Below, piece after piece: positions 47,191 through 58,500 of a DNA stretch of 64,000 nt. The notes under the pieces are model-generated. The model saw nothing but the letters and a program-made list of their open reading frames with translations, was not told where the DNA came from and did no database searches. The stretch lies in NCBI GenBank assembly GCA_043741435.1, contig JAYUBF010000272.1, positions 3,387 through 67,386 of the forward strand, given 5' to 3'. Each line of letters opens with the position of its first letter. Position 1 is the first letter of the stretch. The position numbers and the translations under genes are program-made. Origin of the DNA: Myxococcales bacterium (GTDB lineage Bacteria; Myxococcota_A; Polyangia; Palsa-1104).

Positions 47191-50100
47191 GCGACGATAC
47201 GCTTCTCGAGATCGGGGCGTTCGCGCGTGATCTCGTGGTGCAGGCCGGGGCGGGGACGGGCAAGACGCATGCGCTCGTGACGCTGTACTTGCACCTCGTC
47301 ACCGGGCTGCACCATCGCGGCGAGGTCCTGTCGCCGAGCGAGATCGTGGTCATCACGTTCACCGACAAGGCGGCGGGCGAGCTGCGAGAGCGCATCGCCT
47401 CGCGCATGGAGGTGCTGTACGAGCAAGGCCTCGCGGTCGAGCCGAGCTTGCAAGCGATGGCCACGCGGCTCGGTCGCGGGTCGTCACGCGAGACGGTCCG
47501 GGCTGCCTTGGCCGCGCTGCACCGCGCGCCCATCGGGACGTTCCATGCGACGGGCCACGCGATGTTGAAGCGCCACGCGCTCGAGGTCGGGCTCGATCCT
47601 TCCTTCGTGCTCCTCGACGGCGTGGAGCAGCAAGCGCGCGAGCTCGAGGCCGCGCGGACCGCGGTGCTGGCCGCGCTCGAGGCCGACGATGCAGCGGTGG
47701 AGCAGCTGGTCGATGCCCAAGGCTTCGGCGGACGCGAGCGCGCGGGCCTCCTCGAGCGTTTGGCCACGTTGCGTGCCGCGCGCGCCGACGAGGGGCGTGA
47801 CGCGCAGGGCATCGCATCGGCCTACGAAACCGGGCGCGTCGAAGAAGAGCTGCAGGCCGCCCGGCGCGAGCTGCGCAGCGCGCTGAGGGCCTTCGGCGAG
47901 CTGGGCGACCTGGTGAAGGCCAAGAGCGCGGACAAAGCACGCGAGCTGGCCGGGTTCGCCGATGCCGCCGAGCTCGAGGATCTGACGTCCACGACCGAGA
48001 TGATTCGCGCGATCCGCGAGCAGATGAAGAACCTGGCCCCGGCAGGCAAGCGCTTCGACGAGCTCCGCCCGATCCGCCAGCGGCTCGATACTGCGATCGA
48101 CGCCCTGGGCGATGCTGGCGCCTCCGTTGCTGCCGCACCGCGCGCGCGCGCAGTCGAGCAACTGTTGGGCGACATCGAGCGTCGCTACACGGCGGCGAAG
48201 CGCGCCGACAGCGTGGTGGACTTCGCCGACCTCATCCGCTTGCCGCGCGATCTTCTACGCGATCGGCCCGCGGTTCGTGCCGAGGAGCGAGCGCGCGTGA
48301 GCGCACTCTTGGTAGACGAGTTCCAGGACACCAATCGCGTGCAAGCGGAGCTGGTTGCGTTGCTCGCGGGTGACCCCATCGCAGACGGTGGACGCAGCTT
48401 CTACGTTGGTGACCGCAAACAGTCGATCTACGAGTTTCGCGGGGCCGACGTCGCCGTGTTCACCGAGGCGACGAGCACGCTGGTCTCGGCGGGTGCCGGA
48501 GAGCTGTTCCTGCGCACCTCGTACCGATCGACACCGAAGGTGGTGCAGAGTGGCAACGCGTTGTTCGCTCGCGCGTTCGGCGCGCCGGTGCGACCCGAGG
48601 CGTGGGCCTTGTCCTTCGACGTCGCGCGCGATGGGCTGCTGGCCCATCGTGACGAGGTCGTTGACGGCGGCGCCCAGCTGTTGCGCTGCGGGAACGACGA
48701 CGAAAAGCTCGCCGCAGGAGAGCAGCGCCGCCGGGAGGCACGGGCCATCGCGGCGCACATGAGCGAAGCACTGCGCGCGGGCCGGCGGCCTGGCCACCTC
48801 GCGTTGCTGTTGCGTCGCTACACGCACCTGCAGACGTACTTGCATGCGCTGCGGCTCGCCCAGATCCCGCACTACGTGGTGCAAGGTCGCGGCTTCTACG
48901 CCACGCAGGAGATCCGCGACGTCGCATCGCTCCTCATGTTGCTCGAGGATGCGCGCGATCGCTTCGCGCTCGCCGCGGTCTTGCGCTCGCCGTTGTGTGG
49001 CATCTCGGATGACGGCCTCGCTTCGCTGGTCGCCGAGGATCAGCTCGACCTGCGTCAACTGCTGAGCGGGGCGGGCGCGCCGTTGTCGGACGTCGATCGC
49101 GAAGCGCTCGCGCGGTGGTCGTCGCGACTCGCCTCCCTGCAGGAGATCGCCGGGGCAGTTGCGCCATCGGTGATGGTGCGCCAAGTGGTCGACGCCTTCG
49201 ATCTCGCGGTGGTGCTGGCCGGCACGGCAGGGGGCCAGCAGAAGATCGCGAACCTCGAGCACCTGATTGCGCGCACCGCCACGCTGGAGGCCGAGCCGCG
49301 CAGTGGCGTGGCCGACCTCCCCGGCTTCACGCGCTGGTTGTCTCGCGCCGTACGCCCGCACGCGACGCGCGAAGGTGCCGACGCGCAGATCGTGGACGAG
49401 CGCGACGACGTGGTGCGCGTGATGACCATCCACCAGTCGAAGGGGTTGCAGTTCCCCGTCGTCTTCGTCGCCGATTGTGGTGCGAGAGAGCGTGCGCTCG
49501 AGGGCGCCCTTTACTACGACGCAGCCGAAGGACTCGGGATCAAGATTCCGGGCGAGAAGGCCGGCAGCAACCTGCACACCACCGCTTCTCGTCGAGTAGC
49601 GGCCGCCAAGCAGGCGCGGCAGCGTGCCGAGTCGATGCGCTTGTTCTACGTCGCGGCCACGCGGGCGCAGGATCGCGTGGTGTTTTCAGGCGAGAGACGC
49701 TCCCGCACCGAGACGAGCTGGCGCAGCGAGCTCGATGCCTTTGCCGTTGCTCATCCAGACCTCTTGACGCTCATCGACGCGGCGAATGCATCCCGCACCG
49801 TGATCGAGTCCGCGCCGCGCACGCCGAGCACCGTCGATGTCGAAACGTTGGCCGCGTGGCAGCCGTTACAACCCCAGGGCGCGCGGACGTTGCGTGTGGC
49901 CGTCACACAGCTCGCAGACTTCGCGAGCTGTGCGCGGCGCTTCCACCTGCTGCACGAGCTCCGCGTGCCCGCGCCGCAGCGGGTGCGCGGATCGCGCATG
50001 GATGTGCAACTCGACGACCTCCAGCCCGACGCGTTGACCCGACGCGAGCGCGACCCGTTGCGTCGCGGCGTGCTCGCGCACCTCTTGCTGGAGCGCTGCA

Positions 50101-50684
50101 CGTTCGGTCTCGACGACGAGGCGATCGACGAGGAGCTACGACGCCTCCTGCGCGAAGAAGGCTACGACGAGAACGATTCTGGTCCCGCCGAAGTGGCTTC
50201 GCACGTGCGTGCATTCCTCCGCGGTGAGTTTGCGCGCTCGCTCGGGGCCCGTGCGGTGCGGCGTGAGCTCCCGTTCGTGTTGCCGCTCGCCGGCGCCGTG
50301 GGCTCGGTGCGCGTGCTGAGCGGGCAGCTCGATCTGGCGGTGCTCGATCGCGACGGTGTGTCGGTCATCGACTACAAGCACGCGAAGCGCAGCGACCTGG
50401 CCCCGTATCGGTTCCAACTCGAGGCGTACGCGCTCGCGGTGGCGGGGCTCTATCCGCGCGCGCCGCGGCACCGCGTGGGGCTGGTCTTCCTGCGTGACGA
50501 GATCCCAGAGCCGGTGTGGGTCGACCACGAGCCACTGCCCATCCTCGCGCGTCGCCTCGCCGACCTGATGGAACAGCTTGCGCAAGCCAAGCTTCGCAAC
50601 CAACGCTCACCGGTGGCGCGAGACCTCTGTCGCGCAATGGACTGCGCATACCAGCCCATGTGTCATCCCGAGCCTGGCGCATGA
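47187..50684 (+). CDS. addA: AddA-type UvrD/Rep helicase-nuclease subunit
   Basis: Motifs 'VVQAGAGTGKTHAL', 'LLVDEFQDTN', 'SYRS', 'VMTIHQSKGLQFPVVFV' and C-terminal 'GQLDLAVLDRDGVSVIDYKHAKR'. The GTG start overlaps the addB TGA stop (GTGA). Confidence 0.85.
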   Translation: MSDDTLLEIGAFARDLVVQAGAGTGKTHALVTLYLHLVTGLHHRGEVLSPSEIVVITFTDKAAGELRERIASRMEVLYEQGLAVEPSLQAMATRLGRGSSRETVRAALAALHRAPIGTFHATGHAMLKRHALEVGLDPSFVLLDGVEQQARELEAARTAVLAALEADDAAVEQLVDAQGFGGRERAGLLERLATLRAARADEGRDAQGIASAYETGRVEEELQAARRELRSALRAFGELGDLVKAKSADKARELAGFADAAELEDLTSTTEMIRAIREQMKNLAPAGKRFDELRPIRQRLDTAIDALGDAGASVAAAPRARAVEQLLGDIERRYTAAKRADSVVDFADLIRLPRDLLRDRPAVRAEERARVSALLVDEFQDTNRVQAELVALLAGDPIADGGRSFYVGDRKQSIYEFRGADVAVFTEATSTLVSAGAGELFLRTSYRSTPKVVQSGNALFARAFGAPVRPEAWALSFDVARDGLLAHRDEVVDGGAQLLRCGNDDEKLAAGEQRRREARAIAAHMSEALRAGRRPGHLALLLRRYTHLQTYLHALRLAQIPHYVVQGRGFYATQEIRDVASLLMLLEDARDRFALAAVLRSPLCGISDDGLASLVAEDQLDLRQLLSGAGAPLSDVDREALARWSSRLASLQEIAGAVAPSVMVRQVVDAFDLAVVLAGTAGGQQKIANLEHLIARTATLEAEPRSGVADLPGFTRWLSRAVRPHATREGADAQIVDERDDVVRVMTIHQSKGLQFPVVFVADCGARERALEGALYYDAAEGLGIKIPGEKAGSNLHTTASRRVAAAKQARQRAESMRLFYVAATRAQDRVVFSGERRSRTETSWRSELDAFAVAHPDLLTLIDAANASRTVIESAPRTPSTVDVETLAAWQPLQPQGARTLRVAVTQLADFASCARRFHLLHELRVPAPQRVRGSRMDVQLDDLQPDALTRRERDPLRRGVLAHLLLERCTFGLDDEAIDEELRRLLREEGYDENDSGPAEVASHVRAFLRGEFARSLGARAVRRELPFVLPLAGAVGSVRVLSGQLDLAVLDRDGVSVIDYKHAKRSDLAPYRFQLEAYALAVAGLYPRAPRHRVGLVFLRDEIPEPVWVDHEPLPILARRLADLMEQLAQAKLRNQRSPVARDLCRAMDCAYQPMCHPEPGA

Positions 50685-51121
50685 GATCCGGAGCCGCGCT
50701 CGTGCTCGTCGCCGCGCTGATGTCTCCGGCGCGTGCACAGACCAGGCCGACCAAGCCGCCGGTGTTGGAGATCTCTCCACTCCGGATGGAGCCCGAGGCA
50801 TCGCTCGCACCTCTGCGGCTCGATCGCGCCGACCTCGAGCGCATCGAGACCCGCGCGCGTCGACGACGTGCGGTGGGCATGGGCATCGCGATCCCCGGCG
50901 TGGTGTTCGCCGTGCTCGGCAGCGTGCTCATCGGTGCCGGCACGCAGAACTCGCGGCTCGCGGCTGGGGCAGCAGAGATCGCGAGCGGCTCGGTGTCCGC
51001 GGGGCTCGGGGTGTTGCTGATAGGCCCCGGCTCGTACCTGTGGGTGACCGGACAGGACTCGGTGGACGTCGCGGCGTGGCGACGTCGGCGAATGCCGGAG
51101 CCGCCGACGACCCTGCCGTAG
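50681..51121 (+). CDS. Small exported/membrane protein (146 aa)
   Basis: The ATG overlaps the addA stop (ATGA). It has the signal peptide 'MRSGAALVLVAALMSPARA' and two Gly/Ala-rich hydrophobic helices. Confidence 0.5.
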   Translation: MRSGAALVLVAALMSPARAQTRPTKPPVLEISPLRMEPEASLAPLRLDRADLERIETRARRRRAVGMGIAIPGVVFAVLGSVLIGAGTQNSRLAAGAAEIASGSVSAGLGVLLIGPGSYLWVTGQDSVDVAAWRRRRMPEPPTTLP

Positions 51122-51126
51122 CGGCG

Positions 51127-52422
51127 CTACGCGGTGATCCGCTCCATACCGCCGAGGTACGGGCGCAACACCTTCGGCACGATCACCGAGCCGTCGCCCT
51201 GCTGATAGTTCTCGAGGATGGCGATGAGCGTTCGTGGCAGCGCGAGGCCGGAGCCGTTGAGTGTGTGCACCAGCTTGGGCTTGTCCTTGCCGGTCTTCTC
51301 CCGGGCGCGGATCATCGCGCGCCGCGCCTGGAAGTCGCCAAAGCTCGAGCACGACGAGACCTCGAGCCACTCGTTGCAGCCGGGCGCCCACACCTCGATG
51401 TCGTACTTCTTGCACGCGGTGAACGAGAGATCGCCGGTCACCATCTCGATCACGCGATAGGGCAGCTCGAGACGACGCAGCACCTCTTCCGCGTCGTCGA
51501 TAAGCTTCGCGAGCTCGTCGTTCGACGTCTCGGGCGACACGAACTTCACCATCTCGACCTTGTCGAACTGATGGCCGCGCTTGATGCCACGCGTGTCTTT
51601 GCCGTGTGCCATCTTCTCCCGACGGAAGCAGGCGGTGTAGGCCACGTGCTTGATCGGGAGCTGCGCCGCGTCGAGCACTTCGTCGCGGTACATGTTGGTG
51701 ACGGGCACCTCGGCGGTGGGGATGAAGTAATAGTCCTCCTCCGCGTCCCGATACATCGTGTCCGCGAACTTCGGCAGCTGCCCGGTGCCCTCGAGGCACT
51801 CGCTCTTCACCATGTAGGGCGGATAGATCTCCGTGTAGCCCTGCTCGAGGTGAACATCGAGCATGAAGGAAATGAGGGCTCGTTGCAGACGAGCACCGGT
51901 GCCGCGCAGGAGATAGAAGCGCGAGCCCGAGATCTTGGTGCCGCGCTCGAAGTCGATGAGCTTCAGCTGCTCGCCGAGATCCCAGTGCGGCAGCGGCTTC
52001 GGAAAGTCCGGCCGCGCGCTCTTCCACTCGGCTCCGACCTCGCGCACCACGCGGTTCTCGGCGTCACTTCGCCCTGCCGGCACCGAGGGATCGGGTAGGT
52101 TGGGCAAACGCAGCTCGAGCCCGCGCATCTCCTGATCGAGCGCAGCCAGCTCGCCGTCGAGCTTGCCGATCTCGTCTTTGTAGTTGTTCATCGCGGCGAG
52201 GAGGGCCTGGCGCTTCTCGGGATCTTTTTCGCGACCGACCGCCGCCGACTCGGTGTTGCGCTTGGCCTTCAGCTCTTCGGCGCGCGCCGTGACTTCACGA
52301 CGCTTGCCGTCGAGCGCGATGACCTGGCTTGCCGTGGTCGCCGCTTCCTCGTCGAACAACCGGTCGCGATAGCAGGCGAGGACGTCTTCGGGGCGGTCGC
52401 GGAGGAGCTTGAGGTCGATCAT
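51127..52422 (-). CDS. serS: Seryl-tRNA synthetase
   Basis: The sequence 'MIDLKLLRDRPE' leads into an N-terminal coiled coil. Class II motifs include 'GTGQLPKF', 'FRRE' and 'TLNGSGLALPRTLIAILENYQ'. Start is at Met9 of the track ORF. Confidence 0.95.
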   Translation of the reverse strand: MIDLKLLRDRPEDVLACYRDRLFDEEAATTASQVIALDGKRREVTARAEELKAKRNTESAAVGREKDPEKRQALLAAMNNYKDEIGKLDGELAALDQEMRGLELRLPNLPDPSVPAGRSDAENRVVREVGAEWKSARPDFPKPLPHWDLGEQLKLIDFERGTKISGSRFYLLRGTGARLQRALISFMLDVHLEQGYTEIYPPYMVKSECLEGTGQLPKFADTMYRDAEEDYYFIPTAEVPVTNMYRDEVLDAAQLPIKHVAYTACFRREKMAHGKDTRGIKRGHQFDKVEMVKFVSPETSNDELAKLIDDAEEVLRRLELPYRVIEMVTGDLSFTACKKYDIEVWAPGCNEWLEVSSCSSFGDFQARRAMIRAREKTGKDKPKLVHTLNGSGLALPRTLIAILENYQQGDGSVIVPKVLRPYLGGMERITA

Positions 52423-52539
52423 GGCAGAGGTTTTCTGCCGCCCCACCTACCGTGTCAATAGAGCTACTTGAGGTGCTCGGAGCGCCTCCTTCCGACCTCG
52501 AGTGGCGGGGATGTGTGATAGCGTGGCGGTCCCGGAAGC

Positions 52540-55500
52540 GTGTGCGTGCCTGCCGCGGGGGGCATCACAACGGCTTCCGCCGGAGGATCCGTGGCGGACA
52601 AGAAACTTCCCAAGGCGCCAGCGAAAGAGTCGCACCCGGACGAGCCGTTTCGCTCGATCAGCACGCCCGCACACACGGAACCGAATAGCTTCACGATCGA
52701 TGACGAGCCACTCGATCTCGCCGATATCGAAGGCCTTCTCGACGAAGCGATGCCGACCGATTTTCCCGCGTCCGACACCGGCCTCGGCGCGGCACCGTTG
52801 CCGCCGCCGCTGCCGGCCGTGGAGGATGCGACCGAGTCCCGCACCTCGATCGGTGAGGACCCGTTCGATCCGTCGCAACCACAGTCGATCCACGAAGCGT
52901 TCACCACCGAAGGTCCGCGTGGCCTCGACAAGGACGGGCCGACGCAGCACGGCCAGGCGATGGACTCGTCGAACTGGGATCTCCCGCCCATCGGTGAGCC
53001 CGTGGGAGACAGCGGCGCCACAGGTCCAGAGCACCTGACCAGCGAGCCGGATCTGCAGGCCGAAGCGGCCGCGCGGATCGAGCACGAGATGGCGCAGGCA
53101 GCGGAAGCCGCCCGCGCGGCCGACGAAGCGCGCGCCGCCGAAGCTGCGCGCGCCACCGCGCGAGCGTCGGCGCAACCAGCGGGGGCAGAGGTACGTGCGC
53201 CGCAGGCACCTCGATCGGCGAACACCAACAAGATCAAGCTCGAGGAGCACGTGGAGCCCACGGCGGCCGAGCTCGCGGCGGCCACCGAGTTCCGGCGTGT
53301 GTCGCAGCAGCTCGCGCGAGCGCGCGACTGGAAACAACTCGCGGAAGTGACCATCAACGCGTTGCAACAGTCATGGAGCCAACCACCCGAGGCGCGATCG
53401 ACGCTGCTGGCGGACCTCGGTCGTCTCCAACGTGACCGCTTGGGCGATCAAGCGGCCGCCGAGCGAACGTTCCAGCAGTTGGTGCTGATCGAGCCGGCCA
53501 ACGTCGACGGCTTTGCGTTCCTGGTGGACGTGTACGAGTCGCGCGGCGCATGGCGACCGCTCTACGATCTGCACGTCGCCGCGGTGGAGGCCACGTGGGA
53601 CCCGAAGGAGCGCCTGAGCTGGACGCGCCGCGCGGTGCAGATCGCCGAAGAGCGCCTGCTTTCGTCGGAGCTGAGCATCGAGGCGTGGGAGCGGCTCGCC
53701 AAGCTCGGCGATGCCGTCGACGAAACGAGCCACGCGCTCGGCGAGGCGTATCGTGCCGCCGGCCGCTGGGATCGGCTGACCGACTTCCTCGAACGCTCCA
53801 CCGCGAGCACCGCGGGCGCCGAGCGTCGCTTGCAGCTGCGGGAGGTCGCCGAGGCGAGCCTCTCCGGTTTGCGCGACGCCGAGCGCGCTGCCAGGTTGCT
53901 CAACAAGTTGCTCGTCGAGCGGCCGCAAGATCCGATCGCGCTGCTCATGCTGGCGCGCGTCGAAGCGCGTCGCAAGAACTGGGATCCGCTCTTCAGTCTC
54001 GGCACGAGGCCCGTGCTGGAGCACCCGAATGGAACACCCGATGCGATCACCACGAACGACCTGCGTCGGATCGCCGCCGATGCGTTGGCGGCCGGTGGTG
54101 AGCTCGATCGCGCGGCGGAGATCTACGACCTCATCTTGCGGGAGCGTCCTGGCGAGCAAGAAGCCATCGAGGCCAAGGAGCGCTACCTTGCGCAAAGCGG
54201 GCGCGTGGCCGAGCTCGTCGACTTCCTCGCCGAGCGCGCGCAGCAATCGCCCGAAGACAAGCGTGGCAAGTTGCTGGAGCGCGCGGCGCTCATCGCGGAG
54301 AAAGATCTAGAGAGCCCAGCGCGTGCCATCGGGCTGTGGCAGATCCGCGCGCAGCTGCCGCATGGCCGCATGGAAGCGCTACGAGCGCTCGAGGCATTAC
54401 ACGAGGCGCAGGGCGACGACGAAGGTCTACGCGCCGACCTGGAAGACCAGCTGCGGTTGGTACAATCCACCGCACAACGCATCGAGCTGTTGCGTCGCCT
54501 CGGCCGACACGCGGCGCACCGGATGAAGGACGACGTGGCAGCCGAGCGTTGCTGGGCCGAGATCCTGCGCGCGGTGCCCGACGATCGCGCGGTGCGTGAC
54601 GAGCTCGTCGCGCTGCACCGAAGACGCGGGGACTACGCGGCGCTCGATCGCACGTTCGAAGCGCAAGCCTGGCGGCCCGCCGACGACGGTGAGATGCGGG
54701 CGCTGTGGCGCGCGGCCGCCGAGAACGTCGAGCTCAACCTGTCCGATACGGCGCGCGCCGGTGCGGCGTGGCGCCGGGTCCTCGATCTCGAGCCCGGCGA
54801 TGCTGGTGCGCTAGTGGCGATCGTCCGTCACGAGCGTCACTTTGCCGGGGTCGCCGGGGCCACCGGTGATGGGCGGCCGCTCATCGCAGCGCTCGAGGGG
54901 CAGCTGCGTCAGCTTGGGTCGCAGGGGCGCGTCGATCTCGGCATGGAAGTGGGCGCGCAATGGGAGAAGATCGGTGATCGCGCCGCAGCGAGTGCCGCAT
55001 ACGAGCGCGTCTTGTGGTGGGCGCCGGGAGAGCTGAGCGCCATCGAGCACCTGCTCCAGCTGCGCGGCGAGCACGATCGCTCCACCTCCGCGGCGCTGCT
55101 GGATCGCGCCGCGGGCGAGCTGTCCGTCGGCTCACCCGAACGGCTCGCGCTCATCCGGCAGCAGATCGAGCTCGTGCCCGAGACCGACCCGCTCGGTCGC
55201 TTCTACGCGTGGCGTCGCCTCTATCGCATGGCGGTTCCCAACGACACCGTCGTGAAGCAAATGACAGCGTTCGCCATCGAGGCCGGCGCGTTCCGCGAGC
55301 TCGAGGCCGTGCTCATCGACTTGGCTGCGGGCGCCACCGACCCACTCGAGCGCCGCAGCCACAATGCCGTCCTCGCGGGGCTGTACGAATCGAAGCTGCA
55401 GGATCCATTGCGCGCACTGCTCGCGCACACGTTGTCTCGCCACGACACCGTGGCGTCGCTCGTCGAGCTCGAGCCGATGTTGAAGCTCTGCGAAGTGACG

Positions 55501-58500
55501 CAGCGCTTCGAGGATGCGTACGCCTTGCTCGGGGTCGCCACGCGCCACGACGCACCCGCCGATGTTCGCGTGGAGGCGATTCGACGTCGCATCGTGATGG
55601 CCGAGACGCGCCTCCACGATCCCGAACGCGCGTTCCACGAGTGCACGCGCCTGCTGGTGGCCGATCCCGGCGATGAAAAGACACTCCAAAACGCGAAGCG
55701 CCTCGCCGGTGCCTGCAAGCTCGGGCGAGCGCTCGATGCGCTGTACACGGAGCTGGGCGATCGCGCCGATACGCCCAAGGCCTGGGCCGCGATCACGCGA
55801 GAGCGCTACCAGCTGCGCGCCGGTGAGCTGGCCGATCCGGCGGGTGCGCTCGATCAGCTGTGGTTGCTGTATCAGCTGGTGCCGTCGAAGGAGACGGAAG
55901 GCCTCTTGCTCGACGCGGCCGAGCAGCACAACAGCTGGGATCGCGCACTAGCGGTGATCGAAGCCCGCGTGCGTGCCGGGGTCACCGGGGCGTCGCTGCT
56001 GAACCTCGCGCAGGTCGCCGAGCTGCACGAGCAGAAGCGCAACGATGCCGAGCGCGCGCTCGAGCTCTCGGCCGCCGCGCTGGTGGAAGGTCAAGCCGAC
56101 GACGCATCCGCGATGGAGGATGCGATCGCGCGCCTCGCCGAAGCGACCGGTCGATGGAATTGGTTGGTGGAGTCTTTCCGCGTCGCGGCTTCGCGCTCCG
56201 GCGATCCGGGCCGCGCGCTCCGCCATTATCGCAAGGTCGCAGCCATCTACGGCGAATCGCTGAAGATGCCGGAGCTGGCGCTCGACATGCACCGCCGCAT
56301 CCTGCAGCTCGACGGAAACGACCTCGCCTCGCTCGAGGTCTCCATCGAGCACCTGGGCAAGGCGGAGCTGTGGCGCGAGCTGCGTGACGCGCTGCAACAC
56401 TGGGTACAGGTCTCGCTCACGAGCGGGAGCGATCGGAAGAACGTGGTCGATCGCAAGCTCCAGCTCGCGGCGATCTCCCGCGATCGGCTCGGTGATCCGG
56501 AGCTCGCGCTGTCGACGTTCGCCGAGGTATTGGAGATTGACCCAGCGAACCAAGCAGCGATGACCGGGATCGAGTCGCTCACCGGCGGCGCGATGACCCC
56601 CGAGCTGGAGGTGCGACGTCTGCACCTCGAGCTGCAACGCGTGGTGCCGGAGCGTCGCGTGGAGCTGGTGTTGCGCATCGCGAAGCTGCACGAGGACCAG
56701 CTCCAGGATCGGAAGAGCGCCATCTTTGTGCTGCGCGACCTCCTCAAAGAAACGGGCGCAGCGGGGCCCGGTTTCCTGCCGCTGCGCGAGCTCTATCAGC
56801 GCAGCGAGGCGTGGCTGGCGCTCATCGAGCTGCTCGAAGCACACGCGCAAGTGGTGACGGGTCCCGCGCGCGAGCAAGCGCTCGACGAAGCGCTCACCCT
56901 CGCGGAGGCCCACGCGACGGAGGCCGGCGCCGAGCGCGCCGAGCGTTTGTGCCGCGCATTGGCGCAGGCGCGACCGGATGATATGGAGGCGCGACGCCGC
57001 TTGCTCTCGCTGTTGCGCGCGACCGGTCGCTTCGAGGAGCTCGCGGATCGCATCGAGGAGAGCCTGGGACGGCTGGGCGAGCCCGACGACGACGACGACG
57101 AGCACCGCGAGCTGCGCAGCCTCGGCGAGACTGAGCTCGCTCACCTGCTCGAGCGGCAGCTCGGCAAGCCCGCCGATGCCGCAGCCTTGTTGCGCGCGCA
57201 GATCGAGCGCCGCCCCGAGCGACGGGACGCCATCCTGGAGCTCGCGGGCGTGAAGCTTCGGCAGAACGACGTGGCGGCGTACATCTCCCTGCGCACGGAG
57301 CATGCGAAGACGCTCCCGGCGTCACTGGCCGCCTATGTGCTGTGCCACTTGGCCGAGGTCACCGACGAGAAGATTGGCGACCAAGCGAAGGTGCTGGACC
57401 TCTACCGAGCTGCGCGTGCCGTCGATCCCGCCAACCCGGCCGCGCTGGACGCGCTCAAGGCCGTGGGTCGGCGCGCGAAGAGCTGGCGTACCGGCGCGGC
57501 GCTGTTGCCGGAGCCGGGCGAGCGCGAGATGTCGTGGACCGAGCGCTCGGCGAAGCTGGCCGCTCGCGGCGAAGCGCTGCGCACGACCGATGCCACGCAA
57601 TCGCGCATGTGGTTCGAGCGCGCCATCGCCACCCATGCCGACAACCATCAGGCGTGGACGTCGTTGGCCCAGATCGCGAAGACGCTGCACGAGCCTGACG
57701 AAGAACGAGCTGCGGCGCGTGCGGCGCTGTATGCGTTCATGCGCGGTACCGGCTCCGATCCAGCGCAGCAGGCCGAGCACGCCCAGCTCGTGCTGTCATA
57801 TGCTGAGCTCTTGCGTGCGCATGGTGAGACGTCGCTGGCGGCGCACCTCGCCTGGCACGCCTACGAGGTCCAACCCACGCTGCCCGCCGCCGCCTTGCGC
57901 GTCGGTGCGGAGCTCCTGTCGGAGCAACGGACCAGCGAGGCGTACGCCATCTACGATCGCTTGCTCGGGGCGCCACAGACGCTGTCGCCAAAGGAGCGCC
58001 TCGAGGCCACGTTCCGTCGTGGTGCGCTCCGCGCGCGCTTCGGCGATCACGAGGCAGCGATCGCCGATTTTCGTGAAGGTCTCCGCATCGAGGAGCTTTA
58101 TCCGCCGCTGCTCGGCGAGCTGGCGCAGGTGCTGGCCGCGAGCGGGCGGGTCGCGAATGCGGCGGTCCACCACATCCAGGCGCTCTTGTTGTCGTCGGAG
58201 AAGGCGCGTCGCGCCAACCTGTACGCGCAGCTCGGTCGCCTCTTCGAAGGTGCCCTCGGCGATCCCGAAGAAGCCGGCGTCTGCTTCGACCGCGCGATCG
58301 CAGCTGGCAGTGTCGATCCGCAGGTCATGCGGCGCGCGCTCGGTCACTATCGTATGAGTGGACAGATCGACCGGGCGTTGTCGGTCATCGAGCAGCTCGT
58401 CCCGTCGACACAGAGGCCGGAGGATCTCGCCGCATTGTGGGCCGAGCGCGGGCGACTTCTGACGGAGCGCGATCCCGACAAGGCGGTGGAAGCCTTCGAC

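Noticed and set aside
44131-50684. UvrD-helicase plus PD-(D/E)XK nuclease pair as a phage-defence module (Gabija or similar)
   Set aside because: The sizes, the four-Cys Fe-S nuclease in the first subunit and the helicase-nuclease fusion in the second fit the housekeeping AddAB recombination complex. No ATPase/OLD-type partner is present.
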